This document shows, piece after piece, positions 36,279 through 55,540 of a DNA stretch of 64,000 bases; position 1 is the stretch's first letter, and each line of letters starts with the position of its first letter. The translations under genes were made by a program, and so were the position numbers. The notes beneath the pieces were generated by a model. It saw nothing but the letters and a program-made list of their open reading frames with translations, made no database searches and had not been told where the DNA came from. The stretch is from Tubiluchus corallicola (lineage: Eukaryota > Animalia > Priapulida). The DNA lies in contig JAQGDQ010000014.1 of assembly GCA_030141605.1 (NCBI GenBank), forward strand, positions 620,001 to 684,000, in the 5' to 3' direction.

Positions 36279-39200
36279 ATGAAAACACTTGTGCTTTTAC
36301 TCCTCACCGTGTCTGCCATAAACACGTCATCTGCTACCTACATAGGGCCACTACAACAGCAACAATATGGCCCACCAGCTTCAAGAGACGCATCAGGTGG
36401 TTATAGACCAAGAACACATGACGCCCAAGTACCTGCGCCCCCAAGTTATGCCCCTGGTGTGATTTACGCGTCAAGTTATGGAGCTGCCCCTACTTACGGA
36501 CCTGATTATGGTGGCGACCCTGGTTACCGAGCATTAGGTCCCAAGCATAGACCAGCTCATGGAACACCAAACCGGAAATCAAAGCCTGTAAATCCTAATT
36601 ATAGTAAGTATTACTTATTATATTCTATTTGCAATATATGTGCTTGTGACTGATTTTGAGTTTTACGATGAATTTTAACATTTCAGTTGTTAAGTTTTGT
36701 TAGTTTTCTGCATTACTATGCCGCCTTCGTCAGTACTAAATGCAGCCAAATTGCATGACACAGTGATACGAATTTATATTTACAATGCAGTTGTAGTGTA
36801 ACATTTTGACAAAAAATGAATTATGTGAAGGTAATTAAACAGGAGAAATCCCCTGCTGGTGGGGAAAATCTTTCTTTTTTCTTGAAAAGAAATACTAGCT
36901 ATCATTTCGGAATAGTTTAGCGGATTTTTTTACACCTATTATTAGAAACGCTAGGAAACACCTTCCCTAATTAAGCTTATTTTCTTGATTACCCTAACAA
37001 GCGTTGCTGCCTTGACTTGCGGAGACTCTATATATTTACCTTTGAATACTGATATTTTAACAACAAAGTGGCAAAATAATAGGAACTTACGCTCAAGGCG
37101 TGTGTCTGTTTGTGTAAAAGATTTTCATTTGCTTGTTTTTTTACTTTAACTGTACAGTAATACCGGCTAAAATGACAGCAACGTAGAATACGGAATTTTT
37201 CTGCGTGTTCTTGAAGAAAATTAGGGTGTAGTTAACGGGGAAAATTTTTTGATAAAGAATTCCAAAAGCAAGAGTCCAATGGGAAAACATTGGATTAGTA
37301 GGTAACTGTTCTGCATCCTTGGGAATGCTCTCGTTCTCTTATGTTATTCATTTCTTGCCTATCTATGGAGACGCGTACATATGTGCCTAAGAATACCTGT
37401 TACTATAATAATTTCTAACAGGTTTTACGGTGTTATTGCGATATTACATTACTTAAAGGTTAAGAATTACATATACGTTCAAATACTTCCTAATGTTATT
37501 GCGAGACAGCCTGTACATTTGCAAGCAGATTCGTTTCAGATATGTTCAACCTATGTAACTTACCTCTTATTTGGCTTTATAAACTCAGTGCTGATCGCAG
37601 AAGATTTTTTGTTCGTGCAGGAGAACGATTTTATAATTACGTCATCAAAACAAAATAACACTCCATGAAATTTAAAGATTTTTAAAAATGAAGCAAATAA
37701 ATGTATTTAGGCTTTAACGGAATGTGATGCAGACTGTTAAATGATTCGTCTAGGTTTTCCACAGTTTCATTAAGGGTTTATTTTTGAAGCAAGTCGACAA
37801 GTGAACCAAAATACCGTCAGTTATGGTATTTTTTCAAACTTATAAATTTGCTGTGATGGAGAACTGGATGTGTAGGATGATGCGCCTGGAAATCTGAACA
37901 TTCTTTGTGCAGAGTATATCATATAGACAAGTTATATAATATAGACAAGTTATATATATATGTAGCCCAGATTTTAGACAGGGTTCACTTTTCGAGACAA
38001 ACAAACACCAATTTGCGGGACCCATTGCTTTATATGTATTATTCGCGTATTGTTTGGTATTGGAATATGGATCGAATAACAGACATTCGTCATGCAAAAA
38101 TACGGTGGCTCTTTCATTGGGCCTTGTCAGCTTTATGTAATTTACAATATTATATTATCTCGTACCTTGTTATTACCTTGTATGTGTCGGGTGGCGCAGA
38201 GAAAATATGCTAAAGTTTACACTGCAACACTATTAGAAACGAGTTCCTACCAAGTCTAACTTTAGCAGGTTGATATTACATTACAATAGCATTTGACAGC
38301 GCAAGTGATAATAGTTTTAGTGTTTTTTAAGTTATGACTTTTGCATATTAAAAATTTAAATGAGAGAACAATACCAGCTAATCAGCAATTGAAAAGCGAC
38401 CAGGCTAAGATATTAAGCACCTAATACATGGCAGCAAAACAATAAAGAAATCAAATCAACTAGGTTACATCATAGTCTTCCCCACAAAAGATAAAGTATT
38501 GTTAAAAATTTGTTATCAGTAAAAAATGGAGCTTAATCGTCTGGACTACAGTGCCCGAAATTCCCTTAAAGCGAAAGTGTATAATGGCCGAACAGAACCA
38601 TTTGATGCAGAATAACCAAAGGCAAAAATTGCACTGTGCTGGGAATCAACTACTCCTTAAAAGAAGTGAGAAATACATCAGCTGTTGTGGAAGAAACGCC
38701 TTCGTCTAGCTTGCAGTGGAAATGATGGACACATACAGCATTGCTGTAAATTTTAACAATAGTGACTTGCAAAATGTTTTCTGGCATTTATTATTATTTT
38801 TTGACATATTGGTTTCAAACTTGTGTATTAATGGAAGAATCTAAGGAATTTCAGTATTTATGCGTAATCGTATATAACATCAGTGAGGTAATTTACAAGC
38901 AATTCTGTTGTTTTGTTCTTCTGGTGTCGTGACTAAAACTTCGGCACCTTTTTTGCAAAACCTAATGTATATACAAATTATCTATATTCTACCTTTAATA
39001 TTAAATATATATTAGATGTAACATTAAACCTTTTTAACGTATTTTTTACACACCACCAATGACATTTTTCAAATTGCCGGCTTTTCACCCAGAATTAAAA
39101 TAGACAGACAAATATATAATTAAGTAGTACGATTGCTTTTAAAGTTTTAAAAATTTTGGAGGCTAACATTTTCAGAATAGAACAGGCAATTAACAGAATT

Positions 39201-41922
39201 AAAAAAATTAATAAAGAAACACAGAAAGTACAGAAGGAATTTCTTTGTCGAAGTTTACGTTTGATAAGAAAAAAATTGGTCAATTAGTTTCCTTAGAATT
39301 TGTAATCACCTTTGCTTATTCAATAAATTCCTAGTGACTAGCTCTGGTGTTTACCAATCATAAGGTACTGTTTTAAGATCAATCCTGGTGGCTGATAACT
39401 AAAAAAGGACAATGCCCCTCTTCGCACGTACAAGTTGTAATTTTACAAAAATTTGTCCAAACGTGAATTTAACCGTGGGTGCGGAGTGTGAAATAAGGGA
39501 CAAAAAGCCAGATGCCAGTCAATTTAGAGGTGAACTATTGATTTTCAAGGGTAAAATTGTTGCTTATCCATATTCGTTCTTTAGTGAAACCTGATCTGAC
39601 AAAGAAGTTGTTAGTTTCGGTTGCCAAATTGAGGAAAATTAAAATTTATGAACCCTTTCCATCGTAATTATTTTTGCGTTAGAGCCAGTTTCACTAATTT
39701 GAAGTTTCAAAGTAACATCATAACTAAATTAACCTTCTTTTTAATTTTTCAAACAAGATCTATAAAAAGATTTGCATAGGTTTATTTAAAAATAATATTA
39801 TACATTTATTAAGTAATCATGTACTTGCATGATCTTGGCGTGACAGAATAATGTAATTGCATCTTTCCAGCAATTTATCAGTACCTATTAAATAATAATT
39901 TTCTTTAAAAAGGTTTCTGGCATTAAAAGCTAGAAATCAGAAACTTGATCCGAAGTGGTACTGACAAACCACTGCTACAGCAGTGTCTAGTTTTTTGCCG
40001 AATTACTGCTGTGTTTACTTGTCTGAAGGGCAGATTTATTTTACAATTCTGCCAGTCCAATGTCCACACCAGACGTGATGGACATATAATGATGATGAAA
40101 TTAGAAGTTGTATATTGCATAACAGTACGTTGAGGAGTTGGAAAAAATCGTTTAGTTAAAGTTAAAATAACTTGTTATTTCTACAACTAAAAACTGGCAA
40201 CAAAAGCTGGAATACCACTTGGAAAATCATACATAAGTTTATCAGCGGCGTTTTAAGTAACTGCCTTACTCGTTATCGGACTTGGGAAAATTTTACATTT
40301 GCAAAAAAATATAATCTAGTCATATGTAAAATCTATACAATGTGTTACTACATTTGCTGCACATACAACCAATGTAATATGTTGCTCCGTTTGCTGCATA
40401 TACAGTCAATATAATGTGTTGATGTATGCTGCACATACAGTCAATATAATATGTTGCTAAATTTGCGCTGCACATACAACCAATGTAATATGTTGCTCCG
40501 TTTGCTGCAAATACAGTCAATATAATGTGTTGCTAAATTTGCGCTGCGTATACACTCAATAATAACGCGTTGTTATATTTGCTGAACATGCAGCAATACA
40601 TTATACATGTACTGACTGTATATATGATGAGATTATATGTCTGGAGATATAAAAATTATCCAGTTTAATAACGAGTTAAGCAGTTACGTCGCTAAGAAAC
40701 TATAGGATTAGCTAAGAATGTTGCCATTTTATTTGCAGATCCATGTATCCATGGATATGGGAATCCATGTAAAAATGGCGGTAAATGCAATTTCGACGGG
40801 GAGTCCATTCAATGCACCTGCCACTTTGGCTATGATGGAGCAAGATGTGAAGTAGAAACCAATCCTTGTACACCCAGTCCATGCCAATATGGAGGTCAGT
40901 TATGTGAAAATGCCGACTTTTAATACAAAGACGCTGACACAAATATTAGCCCCTTAAAAGGATGTTTGTAAGCTCTTGCATTAACAGAAGTAAGGTGCTA
41001 GCTCGTATGTATAGTTGTAAAATGACGAGAAATGTAAAATTGTGTTGAAAATTTAATTTCAGTTAGTACTTTGCACTATTTTATTGAGCATTATAGACAT
41101 GTGTATGAAATATATAAAGTTTTTACAAGCATTATACTGTAATACGGTATTGCCGTTCACTTCGTGTTATTGCAAAATGTCAGAGAAACGAAAAAAGACA
41201 ATTTTTACAAGGTACACAGTTTTCCTCTTTTGTATTTTGCTGTACGGTTCAATAAACAATATCTGCTATCTGAGGACTCACCAGAATCCAGTGTACTCCA
41301 TGCTGGTTCTACGGAACAGGTGCTGAGGTGTCAATCACACCTCTCCATTCCATACCACCTACTTATAGCTCCTATGCTGATGTGCAATGGCTTCGTAATG
41401 GGGGGGGGGTGAAAATAAATGGTAATTCAATTAGTGCTTTTAAACAATTAGAGATAAGCTACTAATATGGTGAAGCCACGAGTCTTACCATTCTCAAAGC
41501 TATGCAGCTTTTAGGTTTTAATTCATCAAATGTGTCATTTGCTACAGGTACTTGCAATCGTGCTGATGACGAGACTAAATACGTTTGCACATGCCCTTAT
41601 AACAGGGCGGGTGTTCATTGCGAAATTGAGGTTAACCCTTGCACTCCAAATCCGTGCAGGAATGGCGGAACGTGCAATAAAGGTGAAACAGGTAAGCCAA
41701 CGTTTGTAGATTTCGGCTAGGTTTCCGTGTAGGAAATCACGAAATGTTGGAGACACACACATGAAGATACATGATGTGTCTGAACAATGTAGTAGAGTTT
41801 ACAATACATTTAATAGATAATTCAGAACGCACTATTACAAGCGTGTCTTGAGAGTTATGACATGGCGGAGATTACCCCCTAGTATGCATGCGCATATTAA
41901 ATAGTTACTGAGATATTATTAC

Positions 41923-41965
<43 letters not shown>

Positions 41966-41977
41966 GCACGTGCGTGC

Positions 41978-42013
<36 letters not shown>

Positions 42014-43520
42014 ATATAAATCGTTTCTACTGGCTACAGATATTAATAATATTATTACTAATTCACAAATTCCGTGTATAAGGACTACAGCGGCTACACT
42101 TCCATTGGTCCAGGTTGCATGCACGAATACTCGATCCAGGTAATAAAGTCACACGTAAAAAAGTCACAGAAAAAAGTCACAGGAAAAAGGCACAGAAAAA
42201 ATAATGCTAACCCTAACACCTAAACCTAATCCTGATCCTAAACAGGCAAAATTATTTGTAACTTTTTTCCTTTGACTTTTTCCCCAGCCAAAATTGTGAC
42301 TTTTTCTGTGTTTTTTTTACCTATGACATTTTGCCGGTCACTCATGCAGCTCGTCGTGAGTTCTTGTAGGATCTTTATTTAACTTCTCTTAAGGCTTTAA
42401 GGTAGGACATGATCCAAATCACGACTCATTCGGATGCTGTTTTTCTTGATGTTGTTGTTCGAGGTGCCTTTTGAAAAAAGCCTATGATTCCAGGAATAAG
42501 CAATGGGTTGCCATTAAATTGCACACAAATATACTAGAATGAATTCTGAATTGATTGATAAGTCAGATTTTTAATTCACCGTATAGAAATCAATATGACG
42601 GCATTGGCGTCTGCGAATAAGTATAGTAGATTGAGTGAATCAGTCAACTAATAGTTCGAGTCAAACTTGTTCGACAATAGAAAGACAAGTAAGTATCAGT
42701 GATGCTTGAAGTACCAATGTTCCTTAAACACCTAAACATAATCTTGAAGTCTAGAACAATTATAGCATTTACTGAGCTGCTGCTGTATACAACACTTACA
42801 AAGTTACTAAGAATGAAACAAAATTATTTTAGTGTTACTGAAAAGTTTCAAAACGCCTGTTCAGGTTTTTCTTTCAAATGTGCCACAGTATTCTATACAT
42901 GGTACATAATTTGCATTGTATGGACTTCGTATGTAGATGTGTATGCAATGGTTTTAGTGAGTGGTTTAGATTGCACATTGCACAATGTCTAGTACTGCGT
43001 TGAAGTCTTGGTTCGACACCAGCAGGTGCCAGCGTCGACGTCATGCAAGGCATGTACCCTCCACTCCATTCATTATCGGCCCATAGTAAATGTTAAAATT
43101 TCTCAGTCTTGATACCAATTAAAAATGCAGCTGTTATTAAAGTTAGTCGCCGAGGAGAAATTCCTCACCCGAGAACATTATAAATTATTTTCGATTTGAA
43201 GGTCCGTAATCTGTCCCAGGGTTAGACCGTTGGAGCGCAAGCTTTTTGGCGGCGGCTACATTGGGCGGTGTTTGACACACATATGCACGCACACACCCTC
43301 ATTCACAACACACACACACACACACACGCATCTTTAAGTCTGAACTTCGTTTTAAGTTTTTAGGGCTAGGGAAAATTCGGACGGCTGCTGCAGTGCAAAT
43401 GCTTGTCATAATGTATGATAATTGTCCCCAATGCACAAAATTGAGAACGATTATTATTTTTTATTTAAGTTGTCAGACTACAGACTACAAGTCAAGCTAC
43501 AAATCACACACGCACGCGCA

Positions 43521-43580
<60 letters not shown>

Positions 43581-46038
43581 GCGCGCACACACACACACAC
43601 ATATTTATATATGATTTGTTGCCTGTAGCACTGTAGCAACGATTTTAATAAGTACGTAGCTCTACAAAATTTCATGATTTCTTACACGGAAACCTAGCAT
43701 AGATTTCTTTATGATTGGCGTTTTGCATACCCCTTCTGCAAAGCCAAAACATTTTAAGTACTGTAGGTCCGTTAAATGGCATAAAAATTTTCATTAATTG
43801 TAGTAAACTAAACACTGTACTGCATTACTACGATACATTGGTTTACTACGGTCTACAAACTTTGGAGTGCGGCAGTCCCAGTAATAATAAGCATAAACAG
43901 CAGAAAATCTCTGACACGAAAATGCTGCCATCTGCAGCCACAAATTGAAAACACTAAAGATTGATCAAACCAAATCTGTGAGTAAATACATTATCAAAGC
44001 ACAACTCATATTGTTCTCTCCCCGTGTTTATTCTGCTAGAGCTAAAAGCACATGTAACGCAATATGTGTCAACATAATATCCAGGGCATTGCCGGTTGTA
44101 CTGAAAAAGGTAAATTGAATGTAATTGCTGTTTGTTTGGTTGTTTCAGAAAATACCTACGTATGCACGTGCCCGTATAAATGGACTGGTTATCATTGTGA
44201 AGTATTCGTTGACGTGTGCTACCATAATCCATGCCTTCACGGGGGAACTTGTAATAAAGATGAGCATGAGACTGGTTTCGTGTGCACTTGTAATTACGGT
44301 TGGACTGGCCCTAGGTGCGAATATAAACAGCAAAAACCATTATCGAAAGGTAAATAAATAACTGCACATTTTACAATAAACGCAATGGTGAAAATGAAAG
44401 TCATGCAGCTATATGAACATTAAGTAGAAGCATAATGTAGGAATTGAAAACATTAAAACGTAAACCCTTTTATGACTTTATGGAAATCTACATTTATCCA
44501 GATAAAGTATTAAAAATATTTAACTTTAACAAAATCTATTTTTCTCATTTTGTAAAGGCACACGATATACTGCGCCATATCAAAGGTCCAATCAAGGCCC
44601 CCAAGGACCTTATATAACAGAAGTATATAAGAAGCCAAAAAAATTACGGGGAAGCAGCTACGGCCCACCTCCTGTATATCAAATTGAAGAAAGAGCGAAA
44701 CCGCATAATGTACACCCTGAACCAAAATATCCTCAACAAGTGAAAGTCGAAGCTCCTCAACCAAGAAGGAAGCATCAGCCAGCTCCAAAACCTCCAGAGA
44801 GACACCGGTCAGCATTCGATCCGAATGGCTTTGAACCTGTATATGTTCCTCTTCTGCCATTGAACTATGACGACACTGCTCCACAAGTTCCATTTCATGA
44901 TCCTCGCAAGTCACAAAAATCACCTGAGTTTAAAGGTGAGCAACCACGATACGAGGAACCGTCATTTGAGTTAAGAGCACCTGATGATACCTACCATCCA
45001 TTGAAAACAGCAAGATCACAACCAGGCCCTATCAGGCGAGAAGAAAACGATGGTTATATTCCAGGCGTAAAAGCAGATGTAGATCCACACTTTCGACCCC
45101 CTAAATACAAAGACCCTGCAGTACGGAGGCGTGGCCAAAGGTCTCGTCCAGTTTCTGGGAGAAGAATACATGGCCAGAACAACATGCCGGATCTACACGC
45201 AAATGTAAAACCTCCATTTCGGCCAACTCCACACAAACCACCTGCTGTTTCAAGCAGACCACGTCCGCACCTTAGTACCAGCAGGCGACGGCCTGGTGAA
45301 GGTTACATATCTAATTTAAAAGCAGAAATTGAACCAACATTTGGTCACATTGATTACGAAGTGCCTACTGTTCCAAAATCTAGACAACCTCTTCAACCAG
45401 GATATCACCTACAACTTGACCTACAAGAACAACAGCCTGAGACTAGAGGTTATCCTCAAGAACATCAGCTAAGATCACCACCAAGATACCCGGAACGTGT
45501 CATACCAAGGGTTCAGATAAATGCAATAGTCAATGATGGCAGGTATCCAGGACCCATCCAGGCACGTTTTCATGGAACACGTCTTGAAGAGGGCACTCAA
45601 GAACAAGAGCCTAGACCACTTGTGATTTCACAACAAGACTATGATCCAGTGTCCGTCTATGAGGACAGAGAAGTTGCTCCAGCTGCAACACGACATGCTA
45701 AACGAAGGAACATTGACACACAGGCTTATCCTTACAAACTTCTAGTTCCAGTTTCACAGGGTCGGCAGCCACCCTCTCACGAACTTCCTCCAAAACCGAA
45801 TAAAGAAGCTTTTGCTTTGTATGAACCTATTAATGATCCCAGTATTTTTGTGGATGGTGTCAGGTTTGGACTGGATGCCGATCATGCAAGACAATTACCA
45901 CCACCATCAACTCGAGGGCAGCCAAAGGTTGCTCAGTCTAGTAAAAGAAAGTCAGAAGTTACTCGAGATCCCTATTCCTATGTTCCCGTGAATGATCAAG
46001 ACATTAGATTCTTTAACCCTGCGAAACAGTACACATGA
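36279..46038 (+). CDS. Secreted EGF-repeat protein (~768 aa): signal peptide, Tyr/Gly/Pro-rich region, 4 EGF-like domains, long Pro/Arg/Gln-rich tail; adhesive/matrix-protein-like
   Basis: Exons 36279-36603, 40739-40894, 41548-41691, 44149-44349, 44558-46038; all introns GT-AG and phase 1; 2307 nt open to TGA. Signal [19 protein letters not shown]; EGFs such as [37 protein letters not shown]. An acceptor at 36264 implies an upstream 5'UTR exon. Confidence 0.88.
40330..40590. repeat. ~37-39-bp minisatellite, ~6-7 copies, in intron of EGF gene
   Basis: Units like tttgctgcacatacaaccaatgtaatatgttgctccg. Confidence 0.85.
41925..42008. repeat. Palindromic (CA)n-(TG)n microsatellite
   Basis: (CA)n cgcacgcac|gtgcgtgcgtgcg (TG)n. 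Confidence 0.9.
42133..42341 (+). mobile_element. Family A short element, copy 3
   Basis: gatccaggtaataaagtcac(aaaaaagtcaca repeated)...ctaaccctaacacctaaacctaatcc...gtgactttttc...ccggtcac. Confidence 0.7.
43505..43600. repeat. (CA)n microsatellite
   Basis: Direct inspection. Confidence 0.95.
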
Positions 46039-46933
46039 AGCTTTATAAAAATTGCTCATTGACTGATTCGGCTGAGAAAAATTGTAGTAGAAAGCGTATG
46101 CGTATATTTTCTGTGTGGTTTTGATTATACGTTGACTTTTTTATAGATTTTTAAAGTAGGACCTACAAAACGCGTGAACAATGGCACTTCGGTGTACTAA
46201 TTCTTTACGCAATTGTGATTTTTGTATTTTTGTACGAGAATTATGCCGTCTTTTATGCCTGATTCTTAATGAGTCGTGCCTGCGAAAACGTAGCTGATGT
46301 TTCAGTAAAAATCTAGTTCTAGATGAAAACAGAGACGATGGAAATTATGTTGACTATGCTAAAACATTAAGATTCTAACTTTTGTTATTTAACCGTTGTT
46401 AGTTTTAACAATAATTATTTATTTTGTGAATTTAATAATGTTTTAGCGGCTTTTAATTGCTTGGAATGAGTTGCTGTAGTACATGTATGTAGTTCAGGAG
46501 TATCTATTTGCTTATTCATAGGTGATAATTTTATCCGAACAATAAAATTTCCATAAGAGGGTTTATGTACCGTATATCACTATTTCTATTTCGTTGCTCC
46601 TAACTTTTAAATGTATTAATCTATTATATCTTTATAATCTATCAAATTTAATAAGGTAATTTTTGCAAAATATGCTTTCACAAGCTAACAAAGTCTATGA
46701 ATACAAAAAGTTCAGTAAACTTTTTACTAGAAAGGAGTCTAAATGTACTACATACTCTTAAAACATTTTTATAATATTTTATCGTATTGTTCTTGAAGTA
46801 AAAAGGCGCAGATTGTTACATCACAAAACAATCACAAGGAATTCGACGTGTGGAAAAAATTTTTAGATTCTAGCGTCCGTTTCGAGTGAAATTCCATGTT
46901 GCACACATCAAAAATAAACCTTGAGCTGTAGAT

Positions 46934-46950
46934 TATAAAACGTGACGTCA
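46934..46950 (+). promoter_or_regulatory. Candidate core promoter: TATAAAA immediately followed by full CRE palindrome TGACGTCA
   Basis: TATAAAA 46934-46940, TGACGTCA 46943-46950, 48 bp upstream of ATG 46982. Confidence 0.5.
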
Positions 46951-46981
46951 GAGACTGTGCAAGGCGTAAATTAAATTAAAT

Positions 46982-52485
<5,504 letters not shown>

Positions 52486-52899
52486 CTGTCATGAGTAAGA
52501 AGAGTGAGAAAAGATTATGATCACTGCCACTTTGTAAAAACATGTGTTTGTTGATTAGAAATAAGTAGTTTTTTGCTTTCAAAACGACAACTACCACAGT
52601 GTCAGTCCAAAGAAACAGTTCCGAAAATGGAAACCTGGAACAAATAGTTCATAGTTGTATCAGTATTAGCATTATTAGTTTCTCTGTTATTTTTTATCTT
52701 TTATGTTAATAAATTGACGGGTTTAGTAAGACTGATTAACTTGAAAACAATAATTTATACATCTACCAATCCTTTTTTCTTTATTTAATTTTTGTTGGGG
52801 TTAGCGTATACTTTACAGGGTTTAATAAACATAGAAGTTCTTCCTCTTCTTTTTCTTCCAGTTGGGTGCTGAGCCAAAAGTAGACAATTATCATACCAT

Positions 52900-53900
52900 G
52901 AATACGCAAGAGTTGTGTGCGATATAGTGAAGATTAAGTTTCACTGTAAAACATATATTTCCAAATAAAAGCATGTACTGTGCAGGTGATGGCTGAAGGT
53001 GTTGCATATTTGCAAGAAGATATGTATGTTGTTTGTGAAGGCTGTAGGCGACAGGATAGAGTTTTCCAAAGTACGATGGTTGATAGCAGGAAAGACGAAT
53101 TGTAGGCGGTAACCCTTGCAACGTTTCGTTTCTCCTGTTCTGTTTTATAAATGTTGCCGTTAGCGTGGGATCCGAGACCTGCGTGGCGTATTCGAGCTTT
53201 TGTTGACTATTGTTTTATTGCACCTCTGTGATCTTGTTTGGTGAATTATGGAAGTTTAATGGAAGTTTTTCTTATAATGTTATCTATATGGTGTTCCAGC
53301 TGAGTTTAGAACTGATGGTAATTTGTTAGTGTCAACTTTCTAGGCATTCCTTGTGTTGTTTTGTTTTGTTTTGTTGGTGTCTGTAGTAGCTTCGAATTTT
53401 GGGATTTCATTTGCCTAAGCCTGGTACTCTCCCAGTTTTGTAAAACATCTAGATCTTCTTGGAGGGCCCCGAATAACTTTCTGGGTTGATTTTCCCGTAG
53501 AAGAGGCTCTCATCTGCAAATAATCTAACTGTAGATGAAATTTTACCTGGCATGTCATTGATGAACTCCAAAAATAGTAGTGGTTCGAGACACTTCCTTG
53601 AGGAACCCCAGATGTTACAGATGCTTCTTTCGATGTCTTACTACATCATTTATTCTATTTCATCCAATTATGTTCTATTCGTTGTTGTCTGCTTATTCTA
53701 TAATGCTGTAATTTTAATAATAGTCTTGAGTGACTTTGTCAAAGGCCTTCTAAAGGTTCAGCAACATGGCATCAGATTGTTAAACCTTGATCAATAGCAG
53801 ATGCGAGGTCTTCAATTGTAGCGAAAAGTTGAATTTCACATGATTGGTGTTTGTGAAAGAAATGTTGGATATCGGCTTTGATGTTTTAATCACTGTTATT
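52900..53900 (-). mobile_element. Degraded CR1/L2/Jockey-group LINE reverse-transcriptase fragment
   Basis: Minus strand: QHFFHKHQSCEIQL...IEDL; AFDKV; SGVPQGSV..PLLFLEFINDMPGKISSTVRLFADESLFY; LQEDLDVLQNWE; KLEYATQVSDP. Confidence 0.9.
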
Positions 53901-54584
53901 TTTCATAAAATAACATTTTCTGCACAAAAACCAAAAGTGCAGTTAACTTAGTTAAACATTTATAAAACCAGCAAAATGACTTATTTATTGCAGGATGCTT
54001 CATTCAGAACTGAAGATTAGATAACTTTCAAGTTGAGATAACTTTTAGTAATGTACAAGTAATGAAAGAAAATTAAAGCTAGTTGGGTTGAAGCGTGGAC
54101 AAACAGACTGGTGTCATTGTGAGGGTGTAACCATTAATTTGATTTGCACTTGTGATCCATAGTCTGGGCTAGGATGGAGTTGGATACTGTAATTGAGAAA
54201 TTAAACGAAGGCAATAGTAGAGCAGCCATGGGCATGTGCTGGGCAGGAAAGTTTATGGGTAACAGGCTTGGTTAGTAAATAGATAGGTGACTTCCAGGAA
54301 AACTGCTTCTGGACAATGTGCCATTCTAATTCTCAATAGTGTCGTCATTGAATGGAGTTGCGTACACACCTCACAGTCAACATGCTTAATACACTTACGT
54401 TGCTTCAGTGTCTATTCTCAAAAGATTATCCCTAACAATGATGCAGTTTAACCTGAACCTTTGAACAATAGTAGCAGACCCTACTGTTGACGGACAAGGA
54501 AGTACCAAGGTATTTGCACCAATTTGTACCAAGACTGAGTTTACCCCGAAATTGAATCAACTCTTCTATTATTATTCGCCTATT

Positions 54585-54774
<190 letters not shown>

Positions 54775-55150
54775 TGTACAGTGTCATTTATTTACCATCA
54801 CCAAACTAAAACAATCAGCATTCTTCTATTACATTTTGCCAATAGCTTCTACCCTTCTACCTTGAGCTCTGAACATACCTTAGCTGAACAATGAATGATA
54901 AGCATGCTTGATAATGCTATATTTCTTATGAAAACGTCATGGATATTACCTGTGAGTCGCGCATGCACTATGGAAATTTTCAGGGTCACATGATTCTGTA
55001 CACCTGCAGTAATTACAAGTCCTGCTGTGTGTGTGTGTGTGTCACAGAATAGAGCGCTGCTCGCCGCGCGTGTTATTGTTTGTGTAAATAAAAAATTATT
55101 GGTGTGATTTTTTTGAATTCTGGCGTTTGATTCAGTACTTTATAATAAAT

Positions 55151-55498
55151 ATGTGGCGTTTAACTCTGGCGATTGTATCAATTGTTGGTAGTTTCATTGG
55201 AGTTGTTTTCAACAAATATTATCACAGATTGGATGCTGCACCGGTAACCGAAAGTTTATTTTTAATAATTATTGCTATTTGTTAGTCTTGCGTGACTACT
55301 TTAGTTAACGTTGATAGAGAGAGGACGCACATACAGCCAAACATGGTTGAGACACGTCTTTGCAGTTCAATGGCTCATTTTGTAGAATATTTGTTAATGA
55401 GTTAGGCTCCCGTCACGCCACAAACCTCTCAGTCAATATGCCTCGCTTGTTTTAAGTTTAATTTCTTTTTTCTCTTTATTTTTATTTATATTTGCTAA

Positions 55499-55540
<42 letters not shown>

